Program-made: the position numbers and the translations under genes
The notes under the pieces: generated by a model
Databases searched by the model: none
What the model was told of the DNA's origin: nothing
Seen by the model: the letters and a program-made list of their open reading frames with translations, nothing else
DNA from: an uncultured Acidobacteriaceae bacterium
GTDB taxonomy: Bacteria; Acidobacteriota; Terriglobia; Terriglobales; Acidobacteriaceae
Length of the DNA: 64,000 nucleotides
Assembly: GCA_963725115.1 (NCBI GenBank)
Contig: CAVRXG010000003.1
Span: 677,734-741,733, forward strand
Direction: 5' to 3'
In this document: positions 7,697-20,042 of the stretch, piece after piece
How positions within the stretch are numbered: position 1 is the first letter of the stretch
How the letters are laid out: each line of letters begins with the position of its first letter

Positions 7697-10600
7697 TTAA
7701 AACTGGAACGCTGCCTGGAAAAACACGCGCCGCGCCGCTGAACTGGTAGAAAAAATGCTGCCTGCGAGGCCATCGGATTTACCGAACTGAGGACCCGGAC
7801 CGTAAAGTCCCGTCGTCGGATTGTAGGTGGGCTGAATCCCTCCCACGGGCGTGCCCAGGTCGATGTCATTGAACAGATTTAGGGCTTGCACGTTGAAGTT
7901 CAGCGAGTACTTCTTCGCGTTCGCATTAGTCCCGCCAAAGCCGCCCCCGCGCCCGCCGCCGCCTCCGCCAAACGGTCCACCGCCAAAGCCACCCCCGAAT
8001 CCGCCACCTCCGCGGCCGCCGCCACCACCACCGCCCCGGGGCGGGCCGCCAGGCGTCTCCACCTTCGGCCCGATTCCGAATGTCCGCCCGACGCGCAGGT
8101 TCACCGCGACCGCGGATGGGCTGTTGCCCAGCGAAACGGGAACGATACTCTCTCCCATCTGCGGGTCAACATTCAGCGCGCCGAACGCAGTCTGCACCAC
8201 ATCGCCGACCGGCGATAGACTGCTTGCATACGATGGCCGATCGTTGAAGAAGTTATCGCCCGTCAGATCGAATGGCGAGGTGACATTGTAGGGGTGGCCT
8301 GCCTGGGCAACGAGAAACGGGTTGAAGGTGATTCCCCAAGGGCCGTCGTAGTTACCCATCAGAAACAACCATTGCGGCCGGACGAACGAGGCGCGCCCGT
8401 AATCCTGCCTCAGGTTGTACGAGTTCGATGGGCTCGAACCCCCGCCGCCGTCGGAGTTCGCCCAGCTTCCCGCGTAAAAGCCAAGGACGCTAAATTTCGA
8501 CGAGAAGCGCGCGTTGATGTTCACAATCACCTGGTTCTCGTTCATCACCGCTTCGGGGAAATACTGGTCCACAATGCCAAGTGAGGGATCGGGCCGCGTG
8601 CCGGTGAGCGTCGTGCTGCCGTATTGGTAGGTTTCCGGAAGATATGCGTTGGAATCGCGCACCACCAGTTGGTGGAATCCGGACGTGTGCATGTAGGTGA
8701 ATGTCAACGTCGCCGCTTTGGTCACCTGGCGCTCCACGCTCACGCCGAGCTGCGCCAAATAGGGCGACCGGTATTTGGGCGAGATCGAGTAAGTCGCAGA
8801 TGTCCGTGCAGCGCCTGCGTTGCAGTTCGTGCCCGGCTCGGCGAGCGCATCGCTCAGGCTCGATCCGTCGAAGCACGTGGGATCACTTACGATGAATTGC
8901 TTCTGGCTATCGGCAGTGCCATTCAGCTCTTCCAGGTTCATCAGATCGGCAGTGGCGAAGCGGTCGTAAAATAAGCCGAAACCGCCGCGCAGCACGGTCT
9001 TGGGCGTGGCGCCTTTCTTGTGGCCGTCGAGCGCGTACGCGAACGCCACGCGCGGAGCCCAGTCGCTGTGGTCGGCGACGTGATTCTGCGACTCCCAGCG
9101 CAACCCTCCGGAGAGAGTGAGGAGTTTGCTCACCGTCCAATCGTCCTGGTAAAAGAGCGCCGCATTGAAAACATTCCCTTGAAAGGCATACGGTCCCGTG
9201 GTGTAGGAGAGCTTGGTGGGCACGCATCCACCCGCTTGCGTTGCGGGGCAGGCGGCCGCGATTTGCGCTATGGTCTCTCCGTTTTCGATTCCGTTCCAGG
9301 TGTCCACAAAGGCCGTGACCGACGGGAAGCTGAAACTGCCGTTGAAGTTTCCGTCCGTCGATTGGGCCTCGCGATCGTCGCGCAGCCACGCGCCAATCTT
9401 GATGGCCTGCTTGCCCTCGGTCAGCGTGGTGTAGTTCTGCAGCTCGTAGTGATCGTCGTGCGACGTAGAAGTCTGGGCCGAGCTGCCACCGGAGCCGAAT
9501 AGCTTGGGCACGCTCATGCTGGGCGCGGTGCCGGCGGGCCCATAGCCGGGCGCGCTGCTCACCGGCGCGGCAGACGAATTGGCACGCCGGTATTCAAAGC
9601 GCGTCTCATTCACCATCTTGTCGCTGATCACCTGCGTATCGTCCAGTTGAACCGTGTGCTCCACGGAGTCGCTGCTGCCGGACGTGGAAGGCAGCGACGT
9701 CGAGCTTAGCGAGCCTCTCACATCGTTGATGTAGAACTGATAGCGCATGGTGAGCGTATTCTTTTGTCCCAGTTGCAAATCGACGCGCGGCGAGACCTCG
9801 ATATGGTTGGCCGGGCTGAAGAGACTGCCTGAAACCACGCCGGGGCTGATCGACCACATGTCGGTTGTTCCGTCGTACACCGGGCCGTTGGGAATATAAA
9901 ACACATTGTCGGTTTGCGTATCGCGCTGCTCCACGCTGAAAAAGAACGACGCCCATTTCGACATCGCGCCGCTCACTGAAGCGTTGTATTGGATGCTGTA
10001 GTACGAAGGCAATTGGGCTGTAAACGGATTGCCCGTGTTGAACACGTTGTCGTTCCCCTGGCCGTAAACGCGCCCGTGCAGCTTGTCGGTGCCCGGCTTG
10101 GTAAGAATCTCAATGCGGCCGTAGCCAATCTTGTCGAACTCCGCTGAAAACGGATTCTGGTTGATGCGAATCTCGCGGATCGCCGACTTGGGCGGCAGTT
10201 GCCCGCCGGTAAATCCGTCAATATAAATCTGCCCGCCGTTCGGACCTGCCGAGGGCCGGCGAGCGCGGTGAGTTCACTGGATAATTCGTCGGGATCGTCC
10301 GACAAGCGCATCAAGATCGCTGCCCTTGAGCACGATGGAGTTCGAGTTGGCTCCAGCTTCGGTGCTCACCGTTGGGCTGCCTTCGTCCGTCACCACAACC
10401 TGCTGCTCGGCGGCTTCAATCGCCATCTTGATGTCGACGTTCTTGATCTGTCCGGCGCTTAACGCAATCGGCGCGGATACGAATGGCGCGAAGCCTGAGA
10501 AGGTGGCCTCGATTACATAGCTTCCCGCCGCAAGCCCGCGAATCTGGTAGCCGCCGGCAGCGTCCGCGGTCGCATTGCCCACCTTTTTACCGGCTGCCGT

Positions 10601-10990
10601 TGTGACCGTCACCTGCGCGCCGGGAATCAGTGCGCCTGTCGGGTCTTCGATGTGGCCGTGCAAGGTTCCTAACACAGCTGGCGCGCTCTGCGCCGCCGGC
10701 GCGGGCGTGGCCTGTAGTGGCGCTGCTTGGGTCGCCGGTGCAGACGCCGCGGGTGCAATTGCCGGCGGAGCTGCCTGTGGTGGCGCTGTTTGGGAGGGCG
10801 CTGGAGTAGCTGCCGGTGGTTGCGCCGTTGGTGGCGTCGCTGTTTGTGGAGCCGACGCTCCGCTCGAATCAGTTGCGGACGGTGACGCAGGTGACGTTGC
10901 GGGCGCTGTTTGCGCACTCGCTGATGCGCCGGGAATTGCTAACGTAGAGGCAAATATGAATGCAGTTAAGAAATGCGATTTCGAATGCAA
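7697..10990 (-). CDS. TonB-dependent receptor-like outer membrane protein with carboxypeptidase-regulatory-like N-domain (Oar-like); apparent frameshifts near 10250-10310
   Basis: Signal peptide, Pro/Ala linker, G.I.DPTGALIPGAQVTV, IREIRINQNPFSAEFD, FYQDDW...LTLSGGLRWE, C-terminal RRVFFQAAFQF. Confidence 0.88.
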
Positions 10991-11042
10991 AATTTCCTCA
11001 CTTGCGGTTGGGTAAAAATGATGGATAAAAATCTTGAGCTAA

Positions 11043-12233
11043 TTACTCGACGCCTGCAGCGGAATCGCCCGAGCTCAGACTCCAGTTTGAGAGCAGATCC
11101 TGCGCCTGCGGCGCTTCGAGCAGTGGTTCTACGCCTGCCAGCAGCTTCACCGCGCTCACCCCCGAGGCATCTTCAGTGGCCACGATCATTACCGCTTCAC
11201 CTTTTTGCAAGCTGGCGAGTTGGATCTGCGGTGCGCGCTCCAGTACTGTCTCGAGATCCATTCGACCCCCGCCGCCTCCCGCCTGATTGAAGCTGCGCGG
11301 TGCGCCTCCGCCATTTCCCGCCCCGCTCCCAGCCGGACCTGTGCCTCCAGCGCCCTGTCCGCCCCCTGCCCCGTTCTTTAGCCGGGCCGCAAGAATCGTG
11401 GCCATCGTATCGGGCAACCGCTGCAGCTGGGCGTCGCCAGTGATGTGAATCGTCACCGGCTTCTTGGTGGCCAGGTCCTTCACCGTCAGCGTGGAGGCAG
11501 TTGCGTCAATCGAGAGAATCGTGCCCGCAATACTCAGGAAGCTGCCCGAAACAATTCCATCGGCCGTGATCGAAGTTCCGTCTGCACTTTTCGTTCCGCG
11601 CGCCCACAACTGGTCGCCAGGTTGAATCGAAGTAATCGGCGCGGGTTGTGCCTGATCGAAACGAACCGAGCCGGGAGCATAGCGCTTAAGCACTGTTGCA
11701 CTGGTGGTATTCACGGCGACTTCTTTTGTAACCGCTCCCACGCGCACGTTCACTTGAATGACGCCGGCCGCAGCATCGACGCTCTTCACCAGGCCATGCA
11801 CGCCCTGGTTCCACTGCGCGGTTTCCGTCTGCTGTCTCTGGGCCACGTCTGCCTGCTTGATCGCGATGACGCGCAGCGCCTGCGGAGTGCCGCCGGTTGC
11901 GTTGGGGTCGAGATTCACCAGCACACGATCGCCGACTGCGATGCTCGTGAAATCGAGCGCCTCGGCTTTGCTCAGATCGGTCTGTCCCGGCGTGATGCGC
12001 TTCAGTTGCGCGGTAGAAGGAACTTCGACTGTGTTCACCTGGGTGGCGTCGGTCTTCACGGTGAGCGTGTCGCCGCTGATAGCCGTCACCGTTCCCAGAT
12101 ACCGCGTTACCGGCACTGGCGCGGGCTGCGTTTGCGCGTGCGTTTGTGGTGCGAACGCCAGCGGCGCAAGAGATATAAGGAGCGCGGCCACAGCCAAAAG
12201 CCCAGTCCTGCGCTTCATTGTTCGCAATCGCAT
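11043..12233 (-). CDS. Exported protein with repeated OB-fold-like (DUF5666-like) domains
   Basis: Signal peptide; repeated G.V.aI....lTVK...I..GD.V units; upstream of the receptor on the same strand. Confidence 0.75.
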   Translation of the reverse strand: MRLRTMKRRTGLLAVAALLISLAPLAFAPQTHAQTQPAPVPVTRYLGTVTAISGDTLTVKTDATQVNTVEVPSTAQLKRITPGQTDLSKAEALDFTSIAVGDRVLVNLDPNATGGTPQALRVIAIKQADVAQRQQTETAQWNQGVHGLVKSVDAAAGVIQVNVRVGAVTKEVAVNTTSATVLKRYAPGSVRFDQAQPAPITSIQPGDQLWARGTKSADGTSITADGIVSGSFLSIAGTILSIDATASTLTVKDLATKKPVTIHITGDAQLQRLPDTMATILAARLKNGAGGGQGAGGTGPAGSGAGNGGGAPRSFNQAGGGGGRMDLETVLERAPQIQLASLQKGEAVMIVATEDASGVSAVKLLAGVEPLLEAPQAQDLLSNWSLSSGDSAAGVE

Positions 12234-12298
12234 AAGTTCTTGCTCCTCAATGCTTGAGCGCCAGTGGGGGGTGATATATACACGGGCCCCTTATTGGC

Positions 12299-12326
12299 TA
12301 GACGAATCACCCGGGCAAAAGGTTGA
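12299..12326 (-). promoter_or_regulatory. ECF-sigma-type promoter
   Basis: Minus strand TCAACCTTTT...CGTCTA, i.e. AAC-N17-CGTC, about 65 bp upstream of the 12233 start. Confidence 0.55.
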
Positions 12327-12338
12327 AACTGCGTCTCA

Positions 12339-12372
12339 AATGCAGGGACCAAGGGACCTTGGTCCCTGCATT
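12339..12372 (-). terminator. Perfect 16-bp hairpin at the dinB-family stop codon
   Basis: AATGCAGGGACCAAGG-GA-CCTTGGTCCCTGCATT. Confidence 0.6.
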
Positions 12373-12871
12373 ATCCCTTCCACGCCCCCAGCAGCCGCCG
12401 CACCAGCACCAGCTCTCCCAGGTGATAGGCGTTGTGATCGGCCGCCAGCAGCGCCTCTCGCAGGATGGTCTGACCGCTGCCGTGCGGAATGCGCGCGAAC
12501 AGATCGGTCTTCGGACTGGCAACCAGATCGCTCATGGCTTTCAGATCGCGGCGAAAGGCGCGCGCGCTTTTGTCCCACGCCTTTTCATCGGGCGGCGCGG
12601 CAGTCGCGGGCCAGTAGCCGCTCGGCCAGTCGGGCGATTTGTGACCGGCGTCGCGCGAGAATTCCAGAATGTCACCTTGCGCAATGCGCAGATGCTCCAG
12701 GATCTCCCACGGCGAATGTTCGGCGCCTTTAGGCCGCTTGCCGCGCAGCGCCGCGGGAACGTTGCGGACGGCGGCATCGAAATCCGCGTGCGCGTGGCCG
12801 CCGTTCAGCAGTTCCAGCAGATGATGGCGCAGCGGAGCGGCCTGGTCGGCAGCGGTTTTCTTTGTGGGCAT
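12371..12871 (-). CDS. DinB/YfiT-superfamily protein
   Basis: HSPWEILEHLRIAQ.DIL and LREALL.ADHNAYHLGE His motifs. Confidence 0.88.
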   Translation of the reverse strand: MPTKKTAADQAAPLRHHLLELLNGGHAHADFDAAVRNVPAALRGKRPKGAEHSPWEILEHLRIAQGDILEFSRDAGHKSPDWPSGYWPATAAPPDEKAWDKSARAFRRDLKAMSDLVASPKTDLFARIPHGSGQTILREALLAADHNAYHLGELVLVRRLLGAWKG

Positions 12872-13095
12872 TTGGAATCTCCTTACCGATACGAACTCGA
12901 AGCTTCATTCCCTCGTCATATAACAAGATGCGAGGGAATCCTCGCGGGCGCTGCCGATGCAACAATTTTAGTCAGCGGCGTAACCGACTCCGGCGAGATT
13001 GGTTGGTTCTGGAATTGCCACAAGCGTGAACTGAAACCGCGGACCGGGGAGGAGCTAGCAGAAAACTTCTACTGCCTATGGCTATTCTCTATTGG

Positions 13096-13908
13096 CTACT
13101 CCCTGACCCCTGCTTCATGCAGCACCGCCCGCTGCGCTGCGAAGATCTCTTTCAACCCGGCCTCGGCTAGATCGAGCAGCGCATTCAGTCCGGCGCGGGA
13201 ATAAGAACCTTTTTCCGCCGTCGCCTGCGTCTCCACGAGTCCTCCATCGGCGGTCATCACCACGTTCATGTCTACTTCGGCCTGCGAGTCTTCTTCATAG
13301 CAGAGATCGAGCAGCGCCTCGCCGCCAACAAATCCCACCGACGTTGCCGCTACCAGTTGCTTGAGCGGCGATTTCTTGATCGTTCCCGCCTTGACCAGCG
13401 CATTCAGAGCCAGAGCCAGGGCGACGGCAGCGCCCGTGATGGCCGCCGTGCGCGTGCCGCCGTCGGCCTGAATCACGTCGCAGTCGAGAATGACGGTGCG
13501 CTCGCCCAGCGCCTGCATGTCGACCACCGACCGCAGGCTCCTCCCGATCAGCCGCTGAATCTCGTGCGTGCGCCCGCCGATCTTGCCGCGCTCGCTCTCG
13601 CGCGGCGTCCTCGTCACAGTCGATCGCGGCAGCATCGCGTACTCGGCCGTCACCCAGCCGCGCCCCGAGTTGCGCAGCCAGCCGGGCACGCCTTGCTCGA
13701 TGGTTGCGTTGGTCAGGACGCGCGTGTTGCCCAGCGAGACAAGGACCGACCCTTCGGCGGTCTGCACATAACCCGGGCGTCAGCGTGAGCGGGCGAAGCT
13801 GTGCGGCGCTTCTTCCGCCGGGACGAAGGGAGGTTGCGCTTGCCGGCCCGGTTGTTGTCCCAGCTGTCGTCCGTTTGCAATTCCGGTTGCGATTCCAGTT
13901 GCGTTCAT
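13096..13908 (-). CDS. rph: Ribonuclease PH (apparent frameshifts near the N-terminus; start uncertain)
   Basis: [75 protein letters not shown]. Confidence 0.95.
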
Positions 13909-14166
13909 AAGCGGATTGTAAGGGAGACGAACCAAAGGCGAGGTCAGGCAGCGACACAGCGGTGCCACAGCGGGAATCGCCGATATTGCAAGTGCCGAAA
14001 GAGGAATCATCGCGTAAATCATTGATAGTAATAGTCTTTTGCGACAAGCCTTGCTTACAGCGCGTTCCCGTTTCAGGACTCTTACCGGGACCGGCCCGCT
14101 GTGGATTACCGCTGATCGAAGGCCTATCTCTTCCATAAACACGAACTTAGGAATGGGGTTCTAGTT

Positions 14167-14183
14167 TGGCACGCAACGTGTAT
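14167..14183 (+). promoter_or_regulatory. Possible sigma-54 (-24/-12) promoter
   Basis: TGGCACG-CAAC-GTGTA: perfect -24 box, imperfect -12; upstream of an operon encoding a sigma-54 activator. Confidence 0.35.
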
Positions 14184-14210
14184 GAAAAGGGGAAAAGCAC
14201 CACGGCAAAT

Positions 14211-14294
14211 CGGGAATCGGAAGCCGGGAATCAGAAGACGGGAATCGGAGAGCGGGAACTAGAGATCGGGAATCGGGAAACGGGAGTCGGGAAA
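14211..14294 (+). repeat. Degenerate heptamer tandem array (CGGGAAT-like x12)
   Basis: cgggaat cggaagc cgggaat cagaaga cgggaat cggagag cgggaac tagagat cgggaat cgggaaa cgggagt cgggaaa. Confidence 0.85.
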
Positions 14295-14353
14295 AGACAG
14301 CGGCATTGAAAGCGGTACCAGCGGAGAACCCAGCGTAAGAAAGGAACCGGCAT

Positions 14354-15793
14354 ATGCAGCAGGCGGACAGATTAAGAGAGACGGCACACACACCGGACGA
14401 CGCCGCAATCGCAGTCGCAATGATGAACGCCACAATCGGGTCAACGGCGCCCATGTCAACACATGAACCGAAGGCTAATACGGCCAGCGCCATAAGCGAT
14501 GATGCCCGCTTGCAAGGGCGTGACTGCATCGCTCCGGAGCGCATCCGGACAAGTCTGAACCTGACGGGCCCGAACCTAATGAGCCCGAACCTGACGAGAC
14601 CCGACCTCATGCGCCCAGAACTCTTGCGCGCCGAAACTTTGGCCGCGACTTTGGCGACGCTGCGCAGCGAGAGCGAGACCCTCGCCGAGGTCGCGCACGA
14701 CGCGCGGAACATGGTCACGGCTCTCGGCCTCTACTGCGAATTTCTCGAGGAGCCGGGAGTCCTGGCCACTCCCTTCCTGCACTACGGGCAGGAACTGCGG
14801 CTGGTGGCCGCGGCCAGCCGCCGGCTGGTGGAGAAGATCGTTGCCCTCAATTACCAGACGACCGCCCAAAGCAGCGCCCAAACAAACGCGAAAATCAGCT
14901 CGGAAGGGGCGGCAAAATTGGCGATTCTGGCTTCGGACCTCTTTCCGAGCTTCGTCGCAGGTCCCACCCCTGCCGGCCCCGGGCCTTTGGGCTTCACCGC
15001 GACCGAATTAAGCCCTGAGGCCGAAGATGGGGAATCCGCAGCCGCGCAACAGGCGCGAACCGCAACCGACTCTGCGACCGCCGCCGCGACCGCCGCCAGC
15101 GGCGCTCCTAGAGAATCAGAGATCTTTCAGAATCCCAACCGGCGATGGGATCTGCTGCCGACCGTGCCGGTCGCGAACCTGGCTGCCGAGCTGGCCGTCA
15201 ACCACAATCTTCTGGCGGCGCTGGCTGGTCCCTCCATCGCGCTCACCGTCCACGCCGAGGGCTGCGCGCGGCCGGTATGGCTCACCGGCGAGGACCTGAC
15301 GCGCGTGCTGGTGAATCTGGTCAAGAATTCAGCTGAGGCCATGCTCTCCGGCGGGTGCATCGACATCAGTCTGCGCGAAATGGGCCTGCGCGAACAGCCG
15401 GCTGAACGGCCGTCCGAGCAGGCGACTGAACCGGTGCCCGAACATGTGGACGACCAGGGCGCTGCTGGCTTTCTTCTCCTCACTGTCGAGGACAATGGCC
15501 CCGGCATCCCCGCCGAAGCAGAGGAAACGATCTTTGCCTCCGGCTTTACGTCGCACGGTATGAGCGAAGCCCGCGCACAGGGTTCGCCGGGCATCTGGTC
15601 CTCCAATCATTACGGCCCCAATCATCACGATCCCAATTCTCGCGGCCCCAATCACGGCCATGGCCATCGCGGCCTCGGCCTCGCCATCTCGCGCTCCATT
15701 ATCGAAGGCGCGGGAGGCCGCATCACCGCGGCCAATCGCGAGCAGGGCGGAGCGCGATTCGCGCTGGAGCTGCCGCTGCGCGAGGCGAGTTGA
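14354..15793 (+). CDS. Cytoplasmic histidine kinase with no recognisable sensor domain (start may be downstream)
   Basis: H-box AEVAHDARNMVTAL, N-box LVNLVKNSAEAM, G1 VEDNGPGIP, F IFASGFTS, G2 HRGLGLAISRSII. Confidence 0.88.
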   Translation: MQQADRLRETAHTPDDAAIAVAMMNATIGSTAPMSTHEPKANTASAISDDARLQGRDCIAPERIRTSLNLTGPNLMSPNLTRPDLMRPELLRAETLAATLATLRSESETLAEVAHDARNMVTALGLYCEFLEEPGVLATPFLHYGQELRLVAAASRRLVEKIVALNYQTTAQSSAQTNAKISSEGAAKLAILASDLFPSFVAGPTPAGPGPLGFTATELSPEAEDGESAAAQQARTATDSATAAATAASGAPRESEIFQNPNRRWDLLPTVPVANLAAELAVNHNLLAALAGPSIALTVHAEGCARPVWLTGEDLTRVLVNLVKNSAEAMLSGGCIDISLREMGLREQPAERPSEQATEPVPEHVDDQGAAGFLLLTVEDNGPGIPAEAEETIFASGFTSHGMSEARAQGSPGIWSSNHYGPNHHDPNSRGPNHGHGHRGLGLAISRSIIEGAGGRITAANREQGGARFALELPLREAS

Positions 15794-15922
15794 GGCGCGG
15801 CCGGCAGCCAGAGCTTTCTGGCCGGCAGCAGTGAGATCAACGACATCAACTAGCCAAAAGCGGCGAACTTCGACTTAGGTTTTTCCCAACAGTTTTTCCG
15901 AAAGATGCGAAAGGCGAATAGA

Positions 15923-17395
<1,473 letters not shown>

Positions 17396-17402
17396 AAGAG
17401 AC

Positions 17403-17560
17403 AGCTTCTAGCCGTCTGGCTTCTCAGCCTCCAGCTTGCTCTTGCAGGACTGCTCCGTCGGCAGCTCGCTCCGGCAGGCATTCAGAGCAGCACAAACGGA
17501 CAACCAGAATTGCCAGACAGCTAGAGGCTGAAAGCTAAGATAGCTGAGAAGCTAGACGAA
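17403..17560. repeat. Inverted pair of degenerate short-period repeats forming a long-loop hairpin
   Basis: CGTCTGGCTTCTCAGC (about 17413-17428) complementary to GCTGAGAAGCTAGACG (about 17543-17558). Confidence 0.55.
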
Positions 17561-17581
17561 CTAGAGACAAGGAGATCGAAC

Positions 17582-18098
17582 ATGAGCATTCTTTTGGTGA
17601 CCGGAATCGAAGGCGCGCGCAACTGCGCCGCCGTGGTAGGCGCGCAACTGGGCATGGAAGTCGAAGTAGCCGAGGGCCGCAGCGCGGCGCTGGCCGCGCT
17701 GCGCAACCGCGAATTTCTCGGCCGTGGTGATCGACGAAACCCTGGCCGAGTGCGATCCTGCCGCCGCCGACCGCATCTGCGAGCACGCCGGCCTGGCCAT
17801 TCCGCTGCAGATCAACTTCGCCGTCTCGGGAGCGCCGCGCCTGGTGCGCGAGATTCGTTCCGCGCTGCATCGCCGCGAGCGCGAGCAGGCGGTGGCCCGC
17901 CGCGCCGCCGCGGCAGCCATTGAAGCCGAGCTCAAGTCCACGGTCGCCGGCCTGCTGCTGCACTCGCAACTGGCGCTCAGCGGCAATGAGGTTCCGGCGC
18001 CGGTGGCCGATCGCCTGCGCGTTGTCGCCGATCTGGCCGGCAGCCTGCGCCAGCAGTTGAGCGTCCCCATCGCTGGCCGCGCCAACGCCGCAGGCTGA
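17582..18098 (+). CDS. Hypothetical protein, degenerate receiver-like N-domain plus DHp-like C-terminal helices (apparent frameshift near 17720)
   Basis: RBS AAGGAG; MSILLVTG...VEVAEGRSAALAALR..EF.AVVIDE; C-terminal ELKSTVAGLLLHSQLAL. Confidence 0.7.
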
Positions 18099-18404
18099 GC
18101 GGCATTCTGGCAATCGGTCAGTTTGGACATGCCGTTGAAAGGGCATGGTTTCAAAGCCTGCCCAAAGCGGAGTCGCAGCATGCCGAGTGGCCTGGGTCGA
18201 GGATAGCGTTTCAGGCCCTGACGGAGGCTATAGACGCGGCCTGAATCAATTCAATTCTTGAAACATAAATTCAGCGCAGCCGTGGTTGCGGGAAAGTTGC
18301 AAAGCCAGACCGGCTTCTCACTTTTCCATAGACATCGCGCAACTGGCTCGCAGTTTACAACTGCCATGCGGAATCGAATACCCTAGACTGTGCAGGGAGC
18401 CGTC

Positions 18405-19932
18405 ATGACCGTCATCCGCCAGGAAGATTTCATCGCGAGCGTTGCGGGCGCGTTGCAGTACATCAGCTACTACCACCCGGTGGACTACATTCGCTCGCTC
18501 GCCCAGGCCTACGAGCGCGAGCAGTCGCCCGCCGCGCGCGATGCCATGGCGCAGATTCTCATCAACAGCCGCATGTGCGTCCGAGGGCCATCGCCCCATC
18601 TGCCAGGACACGGGCATCGTCAACGCCTTCGTCAAGCTGGGCATGGACGTGCGCTTCGAGGCCGGCCCCGGCGAAGAACCCCTCGACTTGCAGCAGATGG
18701 TCGACGCCGGCGTTCGCCGCGCCTATCTCGATCCCGACAACAAGCTGCGCGCCAGCCTGCAGGCCGATCCCGCCGGCAAGCGCATCAACACCAAAGACAA
18801 CACGCCCGCCGCGGTCTTTGTCGAAGTGGTGCGCGGCGCGACGGTCGAGGTCACCGTCGCCGCCAAGGGCGGAGGCAGCGAAGCCAAATCGAAGTTCGTC
18901 ATGCTCAATCCCAACGATTCGGTCGTCGACTGGGTTCTCAAGACGGTGCCCACAATGGGCGCAGGCTGGTGCCCGCCGGGAATTCTCGGCATCGGCATCG
19001 GCGGCACGGCTGAAAAAGCCATGCTTCTGGCCAAGCAATCGCTCATGGACCCGATCGACATTCAGGACCTCATCGCACGCGGCGCAAAAACCACCGCCGA
19101 AAAACTTCGCGTCGAACTCTACGACAAAGTAAATCGCCTCGGCATCGGCGCGCAGGGGCTCGGCGGCCTGACGACGGTGCTCGACGTGAAGGTCGTCGAC
19201 ACGCCGGCCCACGCCGCCAATCTTCCCGTGGCCATGATCCCCAACTGCGCCGCCACGCGCCACGCGCACATCGTGCTCGATGGCTCCGGCCCAGTCTTTC
19301 TCGATCCGCCTCCGCTCGATGCCTGGCCGAAGCTCACCTACGACGTCTCCGGCGCGAAGCGCGTCAATCTCGACACCGTCACGCGCGAAGAAGCCGCCAC
19401 CTGGAAGCCGGGCGAAGTCTTGCTGCTCACCGGCAAGCTGCTCACCGGCCGCGATGCCGCGCACAAGCGAATGACCGACATGCTCAACCGAGGCGAAAAA
19501 CTGCCCGTCGATCTCAAGGGCCGCTTCATCTACTACGTCGGCCCGGTCGATCCGGTGCGCGGCGAGGTCGTCGGCCCCGCCGGACCCACCACGGCCACGC
19601 GCATGGACAAGTTCACGCGCCAGATGCTTTCGCAAACCGGCTTGCTCGGCATGGTCGGCAAGGCCGAGCGCGGGCCTGAAGCCATCGAAGCCATTCGCGA
19701 GTTCGGCGCCGTCTATCTGATGGCCGTCGGCGGCGCGGCGTATCTGGTTTCGAAAGCCATCTACGGCTCGCGCCTGCTGGCGTTCGAAGACCTCGGCATG
19801 GAAGCCATTTACGAATTCGACGTCCGAGACATGCCGGTCACCGTGGCCGTCGACTCGAAAGGAACCAGCGTGCACCAGACCGGCCCCGCCGAGTGGCAGC
19901 AGCGCATCGCCGGCATTCCGATCTTGCAGTGA
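18405..19932 (+). CDS. fumA: Fumarate hydratase class I (Fe-S); apparent frameshift near 18580
   Basis: HRPICQDTG, AKGGGSEAKS, GAGWCPPGILGIGIGG, NCAATRH, TGRDAAHKR, GPTTATRMD, DLGMEAIYEF. Confidence 0.93.
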
Positions 19933-20042
19933 ACGCCCCTGAAGTGAACGCCAAACGACCGAAGAATTTCGAAAAGCGGGTCTGACGCGATTCAAATACA
20001 GCGCATCTAATTCCTTGTTCGCCTTGCACACGGTAGGTCAAG

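Noticed and set aside
14211-14294. Repeat arrays as a possible CRISPR
   Set aside because: 7-nt units with no spacers, and no cas genes in the window.
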